The notes below the pieces were generated by a model, which had not been told where the DNA came from, made no database searches, and saw nothing but the letters and a program-made list of their open reading frames with translations. A program made the translations under genes and the position numbers. Shown in pieces: positions 1 through 11,803 of a DNA stretch of 28,055 nucleotides (positions within the stretch are counted from its first letter, which is position 1; every line of letters starts with the position of its first letter). Source of the stretch: Octopus sinensis (lineage: Eukaryota); assembly GCF_006345805.1 (NCBI RefSeq), contig NW_021827537.1:1-28055 (forward strand), read 5' to 3'.

Positions 1-260
1 AGAGCTTATTTTGCAACTATGTGGTTCCGGGTTCAGTTCCACTGCGTGTCACCTTAGGTATGTGCCTTCTAATATATCCCCCGGAAACCAGTGCATTGTA
101 AATGAATTTGGTAGGCGAAAGCTGTGCTGTGTGGAAGCCTTGTGTGTGTGTGTGTGTTGTGTGTGTGTGTTTCTATTTTCTCTCCCAGTCCACCGCTTTA
201 CAACCGTGTTGGTTTAAGTTTGCTGAATTTAGCGGGACTTCGGCAAAACAGACCAAATGG
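1..260 (+). mobile_element. tRNA-derived SINE, group A (5' clipped by window edge, diverged)
   Basis: B-box-like GGTTCCGGGTTCAGTTCCACTG, CORE-like CACCTTAGGTATGTGCCTTCT, GAATTTGGTAGG..GGAAGCC, central (TG)n, then TTCGGCAAAACAGACC. Same layout as copies at 5897 and 14982. Confidence 0.8.
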
Positions 261-1312
261 AGGTCGATGAGATGCCACCGGGGAAAACCGTCAGATGTTG
301 CTAAACAAACGTGGGTCGCTAAACAAACGGGGGTTCAAAACAATACCGGGTGTTTTTAAATCCTGGGTGTAGCAACTGACAAGAAGTTGAACACCTGGAG
401 TCCTACGCATTTTATGACTGAGAAAAGGCTAGGGTTATGAAAAGATTTTAGTTCTCAGATGTGTTTCATCTCCTATCACTGTTTTCTCATAGAGCCTATT
501 TTCCGGGTCGCGTCAGCTTAACCGAGAAAAATGATATATCTCGATCAAATATCAAGATTTTTGAAAAATTTTTTATGTTCTACAATCTGAGTTATGCTCT
601 TTCAGAATAAAACATAAAACACCATATCAAATTTTTCACTATGTTACTAGTTTTTCAATGAGCCATCATAATTAAAATCCTTCCAGGCTCCAATATGGCT
701 GTAATCCAGTGTCTGAAGCAAGTAAGGTGTGTGTGTTTGTGTGTGTATGCGTGTATAGAGAGAGATAGATAGGGCTAATTGGTAACATCTTTAAAACTCG
801 ATATACACTTCACATATATTCGTTCATGATAATATATTGTGCATTATAAAACAGCCTCATTAATATGCAGTCATGTTGTAAAGGAACAACTTTCCAACGT
901 TAATGGGTACAACTGTATTTTATTTCAAAATAAGAAACTCATAATATTAACGCCCCCCATTAATATCTTCATTATAAGATGAATTATAGCAACGCTGGAA
1001 TTATATATCTTGTTTTATCTGATGTTTTAGTTTATAGGACTCAATATATACTATTTTTTACTGCAGCCAATTCGTCTTGGAGTTCTTTGAGGAGTCGACA
1101 TAATGGATTGTCTATAAAATTGTCTGTCCGATCTATTAATATTAAATTTACGTTTATGTTGCTTCTACAGTTTTAACAACTCCCTTAAATTTTTTGTTTC
1201 GTAGTTTCAGGATGCAAAAACAGGCAGACAAACAGACAGACAGATTAACAAAACGAGAGACAGGAGGATACATGGGATATATCTGATGATAGAAAAAGAT
1301 ACATGCAGAAAA

Positions 1313-1313
1313 C

Positions 1314-1347
<34 letters not shown>

Positions 1348-1473
1348 GAATATATATGTATATATGTATGTATGTATATATATATATAATGCATATATAT
1401 GTATATTATGTATGTATATATATATATGTATATTTATATATATATATATGTGTGTTGTGTATTAATGTATGTA

Positions 1474-1517
<44 letters not shown>

Positions 1518-1691
1518 TATATGTATGTATATGATGTATATATATAATATATATAATATATACACATATATATGTATGATATATATTATGTGTTATATAC
1601 ATATACATATGTATATGTTTGTGTATATATATGGTATATGTATGTATATATATGTATATATATGTGTGTGTGTGTGTGTGTGTATTATGTA

Positions 1692-1735
<44 letters not shown>

Positions 1736-2230
1736 TATATTATGTATGTATATGATGTATACATATAAAACATGAATATAAAATATATATACACATATAT
1801 ATGTATGTATATATATTTTGTGTTTATATACATATACATATGTACTGTTTGTGTATATATATGTATATGTATGTATATATATGTATATATCCTGTGTGTG
1901 TTGTGTGGTGTGTATGGATGTATACATATATATATGTATATGTATGTGTGTGTATATATATATATATATACATACATACTGTCGAAAAGAGATAAAGAGA
2001 GATATCAGCAAATATATATAGGTAAATAGATAGAGAGAGAGGGGGTACAAAGAAAGAGAGAGATTAGACATGTAAATGGACACATATGTATGTATGTGTG
2101 TCTGTCTGTCTGTATGTATATGTGTGTGTATGTATGTATGTATGTATGTATGTATGTTGTATGTATGTATGTATGTATGTATGTATGTATGTATGTGTGG
2201 GTGTGTATATTTATGCAAGTATGTATATTC
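1313..2230. repeat. Compound (TA)n/(TG)n/(TATG)n microsatellite block
   Basis: Directly visible; source of the Y/I/M/H/T-rich spurious ORFs. Confidence 0.95.
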
Positions 2231-2479
2231 ATATATTCAGTGATGGAATTTCAACTCTGACTAGCAAAGTATGTACCAGTTTACAGCGTGTCATAACTCA
2301 CTAAAACAAGAACTTTTTTTTCTGTTTTATTAATTTCAAAGGCGAGGAATTAATAATGTTTCAGTGTTTTTGTATATATGTAAAAATACAGCAGGTGCGT
2401 CTGGCTGAAATAATGATTGTTTTGTGTGAAATATTCAGCCATAATGTGGATTGACATGGCATTGTGAAATCAATACATA

Positions 2480-2655
2480 TGTATAGACACACACACAAAC
2501 ATATCTCTATGTATATATACACTCACACACCTATATGTATATGTATATGATGTATTTATACATTGTGCGTTTTTATACGAATATGTATATGCTTATGCAT
2601 ATACATATATCCACGCATTATATGTATACTTATGTTTATAAATGTGCATATATAC

Positions 2656-2706
<51 letters not shown>

Positions 2707-2954
2707 ATATATATGCATACATACTACATACATATAACGTGCATATAAACGCGTTTGTGCGTATATATAGCAAATATGTACATTTGCACACTCACACAAA
2801 CATATATAGTGTGTTTATATGTGTGTGTGATTATGTGTATATACGCGTGCGCGTGTGCAGTTGCATGCATATATGTATACACATTTATGAAAATATATTT
2901 TTACATAAATCTATGTATTCTGTTTTCGTTTTATATGGCCATACATATGTATAT

Positions 2955-3010
<56 letters not shown>

Positions 3011-3080
3011 TATATATTATATATATAAGTATGTATGTATGTATATATATATATTATATATATATATATACACACACACT

Positions 3081-3131
<51 letters not shown>

Positions 3132-3140
3132 TATAAACTG
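2480..3140. repeat. Compound (TA)n/(TG)n/(CA)n microsatellite block
   Basis: Directly visible. Confidence 0.9.
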
Positions 3141-3429
3141 ATATTCAAACACACATGTTTGTGTTTATTTTCTAGAGACTACTTCATATTTTTATGTAGA
3201 CTATATATCAGAGTTTACCTTACTATGGACTAAAAAGTAAAATACACATCAACAGCAAGAACAACATTCTTCTCATCACACCAACTCCCCCCCACCCCCA
3301 CCCCCAACAGACTTCCCCACCACCCCGCCCCAAATCTATTTTTAATGAATGTATAAAACGAAGCCGAAAGCCCCAGATGTAGCGTGATTGGAACTTTTTA
3401 TTAATTCCAATCACATCACAGATCCTTAC

Positions 3430-3660
3430 TATTTGTTGTTGTTGTTGCTGTTGCTACAGTTGTTAGTGTTGTTGTTGCTATTGTTGTTATTAATCTTGTT
3501 CTTACTACATTTGAAGTTGCTGTTCTTATTGCTGTAGTTGTTTTGGGTTTTTTTTGTATGATATTACTGTTGTTGTATTGTAATTATTACGGTTGTTGTT
3601 GTTGTTGTTTATTATTATGGTTGTAATTTATATTGTTGTTGCTGTTGTTGTTGTCATCTC
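3430..3660. repeat. Degenerate (TTG)n triplet repeat
   Basis: Directly visible. Confidence 0.85.
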
Positions 3661-4433
3661 TGTTCATGGCATTCTCATTTTTGCTATTATTTTGATGTCG
3701 AACTTGTTTTCATTTACTGCGTCCATCTTTCTTCTCTTTCTTCATCACTTCATTTTTCTTCTTTACCGGCATCATCTTTTATTTATGTACCCATAATTAT
3801 TCACACACACAAGCATACATACATGCGTACATATATACTCATACATGCATACTTTCATACATATGTTTATGTGTATATGTGTTTGGGTTTGTACTATATA
3901 TTTGGTGTATAAAATGGCCATTTTCACGTCGGTTTACCGTCTAGAAAATTCTCGCTTGAGGCAACAGATTTTAAAACACCAACAGTCATCTCTGTGCATC
4001 CTGTTGTAGTAGACTGATAAATGCAATTTCTAGCTATTTGGCTATCCTTAGAACCAGCTACTTCAAAAGAGTCACAACCCTGAGAGAACTTTAGAAGCTA
4101 TGGCTTTCTTATAGATATAAGGAGTATTTATTGATGCGTGCGGCCATCCACCAGGCTCGAATGGTTTATACAATATGCACATGAAGCAGTGTTGTATAAA
4201 TAGAGTTTTGAATCAGTTGTCATATACCTGAGATATATTTCACCTGCAAAAATGCTATTGTCACTGCGGTTTGCCGTGGAAAAAATTCTTGCTTTGGGTA
4301 ACAGGTGTTAAAACACCTATAAGGAAGCCATAGTTTCCAAAGTCATCCGAAGGTTGTCTCTCTTTTATAGTACCTGGTTCTGATAATTGCAAAATGGCCT
4401 AGCGTGTAGAAAAATTAGTCAATAGACTATATA

Positions 4434-4790
4434 TCTTTATATATAAAAGTGAAGTTGTGTGTCTGTCTCCTACGATTTAGATTCCTAACTACTCCCACAT
4501 TTTGCGGTACAGTTTAACCAAAACCGGGTATCTTATAGTCGTGGTTCATATCGAGCCCTTCTGGGTATTAGCGCGCGTCTACGATTAGTCTTTTTAATGC
4601 ATTTTTCGCTATTAAAAAGGGAAGTAACTCTCTAAAAATGTTGATGAGTCAACGATTTAAAAAAAAATTTACCATAATTTTTTTTCCATTTTTAATGCAT
4701 TTTTTTGCTATTTTTTGGCTATAACTCTCTAAAAATGCTTATATAGTTATTTCCCTTACAAACCCGAGCAACGCCGGGCGATACTGCTAG
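4434..4790 (+). mobile_element. Non-autonomous Helitron, 357 bp
   Basis: 5' TCTTTATATATAAAAG at 4434. 3' GC-rich hairpin CCCGAGCAACGCCGGG (4763-4778), 8-nt spacer, terminal CTAG (4787-4790). Inserted between A (4433) and T (4791) with no TSD. All canonical Helitron hallmarks. Confidence 0.9.
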
Positions 4791-4961
4791 TTATTCATAT
4801 AAAATACAGTGTACATTTAAACACATAAGAGGTATCCGTCATTGGAATCCTGGCACGCTAGAAGGAACAGCCAAAGTCCAAACCACTAATTAAGGATAAA
4901 TTCTCAAAGGGAATGAAAAATAAAAACATTTACCATCTCCTGCGCTTTTATACATAATATA

Positions 4962-5191
4962 TACTCTTTACTCTTTTACTTGTTTCAGTCATTTGACTGC
5001 GGCCATGCTGGAGCACCGCCTTTAGTCGAGCAAATCGACCCCGGGACTTATTCTTTGTAAGCCCAGTACTTATTCTATCGGTCTCTTTTGCCGAACCGCT
5101 AAGTGACGGCATATATATATGTTGGCTTAGTGTATATATATATATATAAACCTATAGTAGAAAACATTTGCCGCTCAGTGGAACTGAACCC
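4962..5191 (-). mobile_element. SINE group A: well-preserved 3' half (4962-5109) plus decayed 5' remnant (5151-5191)
   Basis: Reverse complement reads ...CTTAGCGGTTCGGCAAAAGAGACCGATAGAATAAGTAC...TCGACTAAAGGCGGTGCTCCAGCATGGCCGCAGTCAAATGACTGAAACAAGTAAAAGAG, colinear with the 3' part of the 14982 copy; GGTTCAGTTCCAC head remnant. Confidence 0.9.
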
Positions 5192-5896
5192 AAGCTAACT
5201 ACGGAGCCCCGTGCCTCCACCTAAAAAACAAATTATACATAATGTGTGTGTGCATGTATAAAGTTTATATGTATTATACATATATACATTTTATATATAA
5301 AATGTTTATAAATATACATGTCTATAGAAAACCTCACACCAAAACATAAACGCACTCAACATACATTCACGCACACATACACGCATACACACATATATAT
5401 ATTGTTATATACATATGTTGTATGTATAAATACGCCCAACCACACGCTTACGCACACACACAGTTATACGTAGATATTTATGATATACAATATATAAACA
5501 GCTTCCACCCGCTTTTATACGTAATATATATATATATATATGTTGGCTTCGTGTATACAGCTCATTTGTTCTGTTAGAGATATCTACATACTTAGGTCAA
5601 AATGTTAATAGTATAACGTGTGGTGTTGTGGCAATGGCGGAGGAATAGATTAAGGGTATCGTAATCTACAAAATTGCAAAATTTTCTCTCCATCTCGTGT
5701 GTTCTTTGATTTCCTAAATTTATTGTTGTTTTCTTGTAATTCTGAAAATCCCCAACTTTTCTATCCCCGCCCAACACACTCACTCTCTGTCACCACGTGC
5801 CACTCCATCCCCAGCCCCCCACCGTTCTTCTTCTCCTCCGCTATCACCTGATAGCTGTAAGAACATAAACCTTAACAGCAGCAACAACAGCAACGA

Positions 5897-6073
5897 TATG
5901 ACTGTGTGGTGAAAAGGCTTCTTTTGCAACCACGTGGTTTCGGGTTCAGTCCTCACTCTGAGTGGCACGTGGGGCAAATGTCTTTCACTATCGCCGCGGA
6001 TTGACGAAAGCCTTGTGGGTGAATTTGGTTGAAGGAAACTGTGTGGAAGCCTGTCGTATCTATATATATATAT

Positions 6074-6116
<43 letters not shown>

Positions 6117-6163
6117 GTGTGTGTGTATGTGTGTCAGTGTTTGTCATTCTACCTAACACCACT
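5897..6163 (+). mobile_element. SINE group A, 3'-truncated
   Basis: GACTGTGTGGT..GGTTTCGGGTTCAGTCC..GGCACGTGGGGCAAATGTCTTTCACTAT..GAATTTGG..GAAGCCTGTCGTAT followed by (TA)/(TG)n. Confidence 0.85.
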
Positions 6164-6477
6164 CATCCAACAAGAGAGTTATATGTGGTCCATCGTATTG
6201 TTAGAAAAAGCAGTTAAATATTTTTCAAACTACTTCTTAATTCCTTGATCAAAATGTTCCACTGCTTGGAATGTATTCTGAAGTTGACTTCTGAAAATAA
6301 GGCAGGATAGTCATGGGTGGTATGTCTTTCTTTGATCAATGTTCTGCTCACAATCAAAGCATGTTTGGGATTAAACTACGACAAGAACAACAGCAATAAA
6401 TTCTGCGTGTATGTAATTAAAGATAAATTGAAAGCATCAATAATGACATCATCCACTGAAGAAAAACACCCCACCGC

Positions 6478-6705
6478 CAACAACAACAACAAAAACAGCA
6501 ACACCAACAACAAAAACAACAGCAACAATAACAATAACAGCAACACCAACAACAGCAGCAACAACAACAACATCAACAAAAACAACAGCATCGTGATCAC
6601 CAACTACAACAGCAACAACAACCTCATTACCACCACCAACAACAACAACAGCAACAACTGCAAGGAAACGCAACGACCACACTAACAGCAACAATAATAA
6701 CAAGA
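6478..6705. repeat. (AAC)n/(AGC) triplet repeat
   Basis: Directly visible; explains the poly-N and poly-L/V ORFs. Confidence 0.9.
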
Positions 6706-8009
6706 ACAAAGAGGTACGAAATATAAAAATACAAAATGGCGTATATTAGAAATTTACGACATGCTGGAAAAGCAGAGTGGATGATTAGTTGGACAACTAT
6801 TGATATCAAAAAGCGGAGATTAAGTTGTTTAACATCTGAATTGACATAGATAAGGCAAGGTGATGTGTGATGTGTGACGTGTTAGATGAAGGGTGTGTGA
6901 CGTAGGGGCGAGGATGGAGATGTGTGTGTTGTGTGAAATGTGCGATTTGCGAGGGATTTTCTGCTGGTTTTGTATGTAGTTTTTATTCGTCATTTTTTTT
7001 GCTGTGGGTTTGATGTATACAAAGCGTGGCAGGTGTGTGTGTCTATGTGTGTGTGTGTGTGTGTGTGCGTGTGTGTGTGTGTTGCGTGTGCGTACATACA
7101 TTCATATAAATAGAAAGAGATGACATGGCCTTGCGTGTTTTTGCATGTGTAAGTGTGAGAGATTGAGAGATTGTGGGAGGGGAAAAACAGAATGAAAGAG
7201 ATTACGGGGGTAGGCTTCTGTGTATTTGAGTATGTATGTGTACATATGTTTATATGTGTGTGTGTGTGAGTGTGTGTAAAATATAGGTATACCTATATAC
7301 GTAATATATGTATGTATATGTGTATATATGTCTGAATACATATATGTATATGCATACATATATTCGTATGTACACACAAACACAGACATATATATATATA
7401 TTTATAAAGTAAATGGGTGTGTATGTAGGTGTATATAAATATGTATGCATGTGAGTATATATAAATGTGTGTATGTGTGTGTGTGGAGGAAGAGAGAAGA
7501 AGACAGAGAGAAACGCAGTGGCTTTTTTTTTTACAACATCGTTATTTCAAAGTGGTGTATTTTCTGATAGAAGTCTTCAGAACTAACTCCCGCTAACTTA
7601 ATGATGTCGGCGAAATATATGGCAGAACGAAAGATGTGATGAAAGAAAGAAACAAACAAACAAACAAACAAACGAGTGTAGTGACGGTAAAATAAATAAA
7701 GAGAGGACACAGCGTGACAGTGGTTTTCTTGTTAGTCAGATAGACACAGTCAACGATGTTTCGTGTGGAAGGCTTCAATATCATCATGAATACAAGAAGT
7801 TTTTTTTTTTGTTAGAGATTACGTGGGAGTAGTTTGGTGTCATGTAAGAGTATCGGCAACTGTTCACATCTGTTGAATTTTTGCGGTTACAGATAATAAA
7901 TATATAAACATAACTAAGGGAAATAACTCAAGTAGTTGTGTCGTGTAGGAGAATCTGCAGTTGTTCACAGTCTGTTGTATTTGTTTTTAAACCGTAGCTA
8001 AAGGAAATA

Positions 8010-8150
8010 TAAGGTTGTCCCAAAAGTTCGTAGAAAGTCTTGGAAAATAATGATCTTTATTTTGAGGAATAATTTTTGTTCTTTTTGTTAGTACTTGGCG
8101 AGTAAAAATTCAATTTTCGCAAGTGTTTACGAACTTTTGGGACAACCTAA
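8010..8150. mobile_element. Mariner-type MITE (MADE1-like architecture), 141 bp
   Basis: Perfect 21-bp inverted repeat AGGTTGTCCCAAAAGTTCGTA (8012-8032) / TACGAACTTTTGGGACAACCT (8128-8148). Ends T(A/T)AGGTTG..CAACCTAA resemble Hsmar1/Mos1 TIR ends. Left TA at 8008-8009; right TSD reads TG. Confidence 0.88.
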
Positions 8151-8669
8151 TGATTCAAATAGCCTATTCTATAAATTCAACAAAATGCGATACACTGCAA
8201 AAAAAAAAACAAACTACATTGCTAAGGAAAATAACTAACCAATGATGTGAAGTTACTTTAATCAGAAAAAAATCAGGTACTTGAAGATGTATTAAATGTT
8301 GTGCAGAAAACTTTCCAGTGAATTGCAATTTAGAAAAAGGTTTATTCTGTACTCGGAATATAAAGCAGTGTCCATGATCCTTTGCGGGATCTCTGAGATT
8401 CGTGAAGTTTTGTTGAGACAAAACTGGTTGGGTCGAGAAGCATGTCTGTGTATGCACGCAACTACACAAGCAGCTAAAAGAGTTAGCGAAAGCATGGTAC
8501 ATGTTACCGAGTCATCAGATTTGGTTGCGAATGACAGCTATGCTTAAGATAACAGGGAACGGGGAACTCGAAGTAAGTTTGGCTGCTATTTCTGCAAGCT
8601 GAGTGGCGGCAGGGAAGATTATTCACCGTAATCCCGAGTATTGCTAGGTGAGTTATATGAAAGAAGTAC

Positions 8670-9025
8670 GTGTTTGTGCGTATGTGCGTGTGTTTGCGTT
8701 TGTGTGTTTATACGTGCGTGTGTGTGTATGTGTTTGAGCGTGTGTGTGTGTGAGAAAGAGAGAATGTCTGTGTGTGTGTGAGTGCTTGTGTGTGTGCACG
8801 CATGCGTGCGGAGCGGAAGTGTAGTGAGGTGTAAATGACCAAGTGTGGAATGGGGTGGTTCTGAAATTCTGTGTGTATGTGTGTGTGGAGCTAGGACATG
8901 TGTGTGTGTGTGTGTGTGTGTGTGTTAATAATGAGGTATGCGAATTTGCATGCGTTACTACATGAGTGTGTGTGTCTGAGGCAGAAGTGTTTGAGTGTGT
9001 GTGTGTGTGTGGTGTGTGTGTGGTG

Positions 9026-9065
<40 letters not shown>

Positions 9066-9483
9066 TGAAGTGTGAACGACAGTAACTAGTTGTGTATGAA
9101 ATAAAGAAAGTGTATGTGTGGGTGTGGGGATGGCATGCCTCATTTTATGTATGTGGCTGCACAACTCTGTATGTGTACATAATTGCGTGCTTGTGTTTGC
9201 GCGTGTGTGTGATTGCATGCCCCACTGTATCCGTGTGTGTATGTGTGTGTGGATACTTGCCTCTGTGTATGTATGTAGTTCCGTGCCCAACGTGTGTGTG
9301 TGTGTATGTTTGTATGCTTGTGTGTATATATTCATGTTTGTATATGTGTGCGCCTATACGCATGGTTGAGCGCCTCTGTCTGTGTATGTGACACCGTATC
9401 CACTGTATATATGTGTGCGTAAGTGTGTGTGTGTGAGAGAGAGAGAGACAGACAGAGATTGTGTGCATGTTTGTGATTACCAT

Positions 9484-9516
<33 letters not shown>

Positions 9517-9584
9517 CTGCATCCCATTGTGTATGTATGTCTGTGTACGTCCATGTCTGTGTGCGTCCATGTCTGTGTGCGTCC

Positions 9585-9619
<35 letters not shown>

Positions 9620-9656
9620 ACTGCATCCCATTGTGTATGTATGTCTGTGTGCGTCC

Positions 9657-9693
<37 letters not shown>

Positions 9694-9730
9694 ACTGCAT
9701 CCCATTGTGTATGTATGTCTGTGTGCGTCC

Positions 9731-9770
<40 letters not shown>

Positions 9771-9900
9771 CTGCATCCCATTGTGTATGTATGGCTGTGT
9801 GCGTCCGTGTCTGTGTGCGTCCGTGTGTGTATGTGAGTGCGTGTGTGTGTGGCTGCTTCTATCAGTGTGTGGAATATTCCGTGTGTACGTGTGTGCGCAT
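8670..9900. repeat. (TG)n-rich block containing a ~74-bp minisatellite (9515-9830)
   Basis: GACTGCATCCCATTGTGTATGTATG recurs at 9515, 9619, 9693 and 9769, separated by (GT)n. Confidence 0.9.
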
Positions 9901-10310
9901 GTAACAAGTATGTGTAATTGAAAGCAAGTGATTGATTGGTTTGCTGGTTGGAGTGGTATGTGATGAGGAGGAGGCAGTATGGGGGGCGAGTGGGTAAAGT
10001 GGAAAGGAGGGTGGGGGGACGGGCTATGGATATGATTAAGATGAAGATTTGTTAATTGGATACTTCGTTGGTGTGGGCACGAGAGGAGTGGGGAACGAAG
10101 GATAATTAACAACAAATAAAACATAACAAACAATAATTGGAGAGAAAAAAAAAGCAAAGAAAAAGAAAGCAAAACGCTAAAAAAAAAATAAAATAAATAA
10201 AGTTTATTGTAAAATTTAATTAAGTCGAATGAGTCTTTGATTTTTTCTTTGTAATAACAACACAGACACACACGCACACATGAATGCATAATGTGTGTGT
10301 GTGTGTGTGT

Positions 10311-10355
<45 letters not shown>

Positions 10356-10537
10356 CATATACATATATATATATTATATATATATATTATATATAAATAT
10401 ATCTATAATATAATATCTATTATATATATATATAATATATACACATCATACTCTATATTTATTTGTGTGTAGATATGTGTACGTATATGTGTATAGCATT
10501 TGTTCAGTGTGTTTGTTGGGTTTCACGTTTCCGCTCC

Positions 10538-10597
10538 AGCAGTCGCCTGATGAAGCGTTCACGTGAAACTTCATTGGAGGCTCAGTAAGAGGCTGCT
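10538..10597 (+). ncRNA. Degenerate hammerhead-ribozyme-like motif
   Basis: CTGATGA (10547-10553), extra A, stem II GCG-TTCA-CGT, GAAAC (10565-10569), 3-bp stem III ACT/AGT, GTA site (10585-10587), imperfect stem I AGCAGTC/GGCTGCT. A competing hairpin overlaps it. Confidence 0.4.
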
Positions 10598-10688
10598 TGA
10601 TTAAATTTCAACTCTACTTCAACGTATACAGTAATCTTCCGGTTATTGTATTTAAACACGTGTTGTACGATATATACATATATATAGC

Positions 10689-10745
<57 letters not shown>

Positions 10746-10945
10746 ATGACCAATGCATAGAATTTACTGCTAAGTAATAAATATATAATATGAATAATAT
10801 GAAAATTATAAATAATATATATACGTATTTTATATGTCTACGTGTGTGTGTAGATATTCATGCATGTATATTTGTATACATGTATGCATATATAAATGTT
10901 TTGTGTGTGCGTACGTGTGCGCGCGTGCGAGCGTGTGTACATATA

Positions 10946-11803
10946 TTATGTACCTCAAAGTAATGTATTTTGAAGCAAATAGTCTGACGTTATACCAGAA
11001 ATAGTTTATAGGCCAATAAAATGTGCCCTTGTAATCAGCATGAAGTTAATGTCGATACGTTCTGTGCGTGTGTATACTCTATGTGAAGGCCCATGGACGA
11101 CAATGACTATTTCTGTGAGCTCCCCATTCAGCATTGCATGCTTTATGAATTCCGTAAGGGCAACAATGCAATAAGTGCAGCGGAAAAATTATATATTTGA
11201 TATTTTGCTTGTGTATGTGTGTTCCGAAATGACATTGCTATGGTTTAACGAATTCAATAACGGAGATTTCGATCTTTCGAATGGGTATCAATGAAGAAGA
11301 CCAGCTAGTCTCAGTAATGACGCGGTGAAAAGAGCAATTGCAGACGCTTAATAAACTTTGGTCTACTGTGCAATATCATCTCAAATAGATTATAAAAATG
11401 CGCAGAGAAAGGAAGCTGTTACTTCATGATAATGCAAGGCCACATTCAGTGAAAATAACCTAAAGAAAAATACATTCATTTTGCTGCGAAGCTCTACCTC
11501 ACCCTCCATACTTAACAGGCGTTGCACAATGAGATATTTTGCTTGTTCACGTCAGTTGAACATCTTATTAGGGGAAAACATCTAGAAGCAGGGACGATGT
11601 CAAAACAGCGCTCCAAACATTTTTCTTTCCTAAAGAACCTGACTTTTTGTTACCCGATATATCAGAAAGCTAGTTTTGAGACGGGGAAATGTTATTGTTA
11701 ACGATGTCGATTATACTTTGAATGAAGAAATATATTTACGATTAGGTTTATGCTGATTTAATTTCATAATATGAAATGCGACATTATTTTTCGCTACCCC
11801 TAA
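10946..11803 (+). pseudogene. Mariner (DD34D) transposase relic with internal deletion
   Basis: Decayed frames: IQHCMLYEFRKGNNA (11126), WFNEFNNGDFDL, WSTVQYHLK, LLHDNARPH (D at 11428), ALPHPPY, and D at 11533, giving exactly 34 residues between the Ds. Several stops. Right TIR-like AAATGCGACATTATTTTTCGCTACCCCTAA|TA ends at 11803; left TIR is only degenerate (~10946). Confidence 0.88.

Noticed and set aside
490-1250. DNA-transposon-like texture with TTAA at ~518 and CAGA repeats at ~1225
   Set aside because: No matching inverted terminus or TSD found by eye.
4050-4270. Short similarity to the maT 5' region (TAGAACCAGCTACTTCAAAAGAGTCAC; AAAATGCTATTGTCACTGC)
   Set aside because: Only two short patches, no convincing reading frame or TIR; could be a very old copy or chance.
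6290-6400. Possible additional SINE 3' end before the (AAC)n tract
   Set aside because: No second copy in the window and no head found; cannot be supported from this sequence alone.
7858-7977. Short direct repeat TGTTCACA(G)TCTGTTG about 100 bp apart
   Set aside because: Only ~16 bp with no other structure; weak.
9975-10025. G-quadruplex-like G-runs (also C-runs at 3285-3333)
   Set aside because: Common low-complexity motifs with no supporting context.
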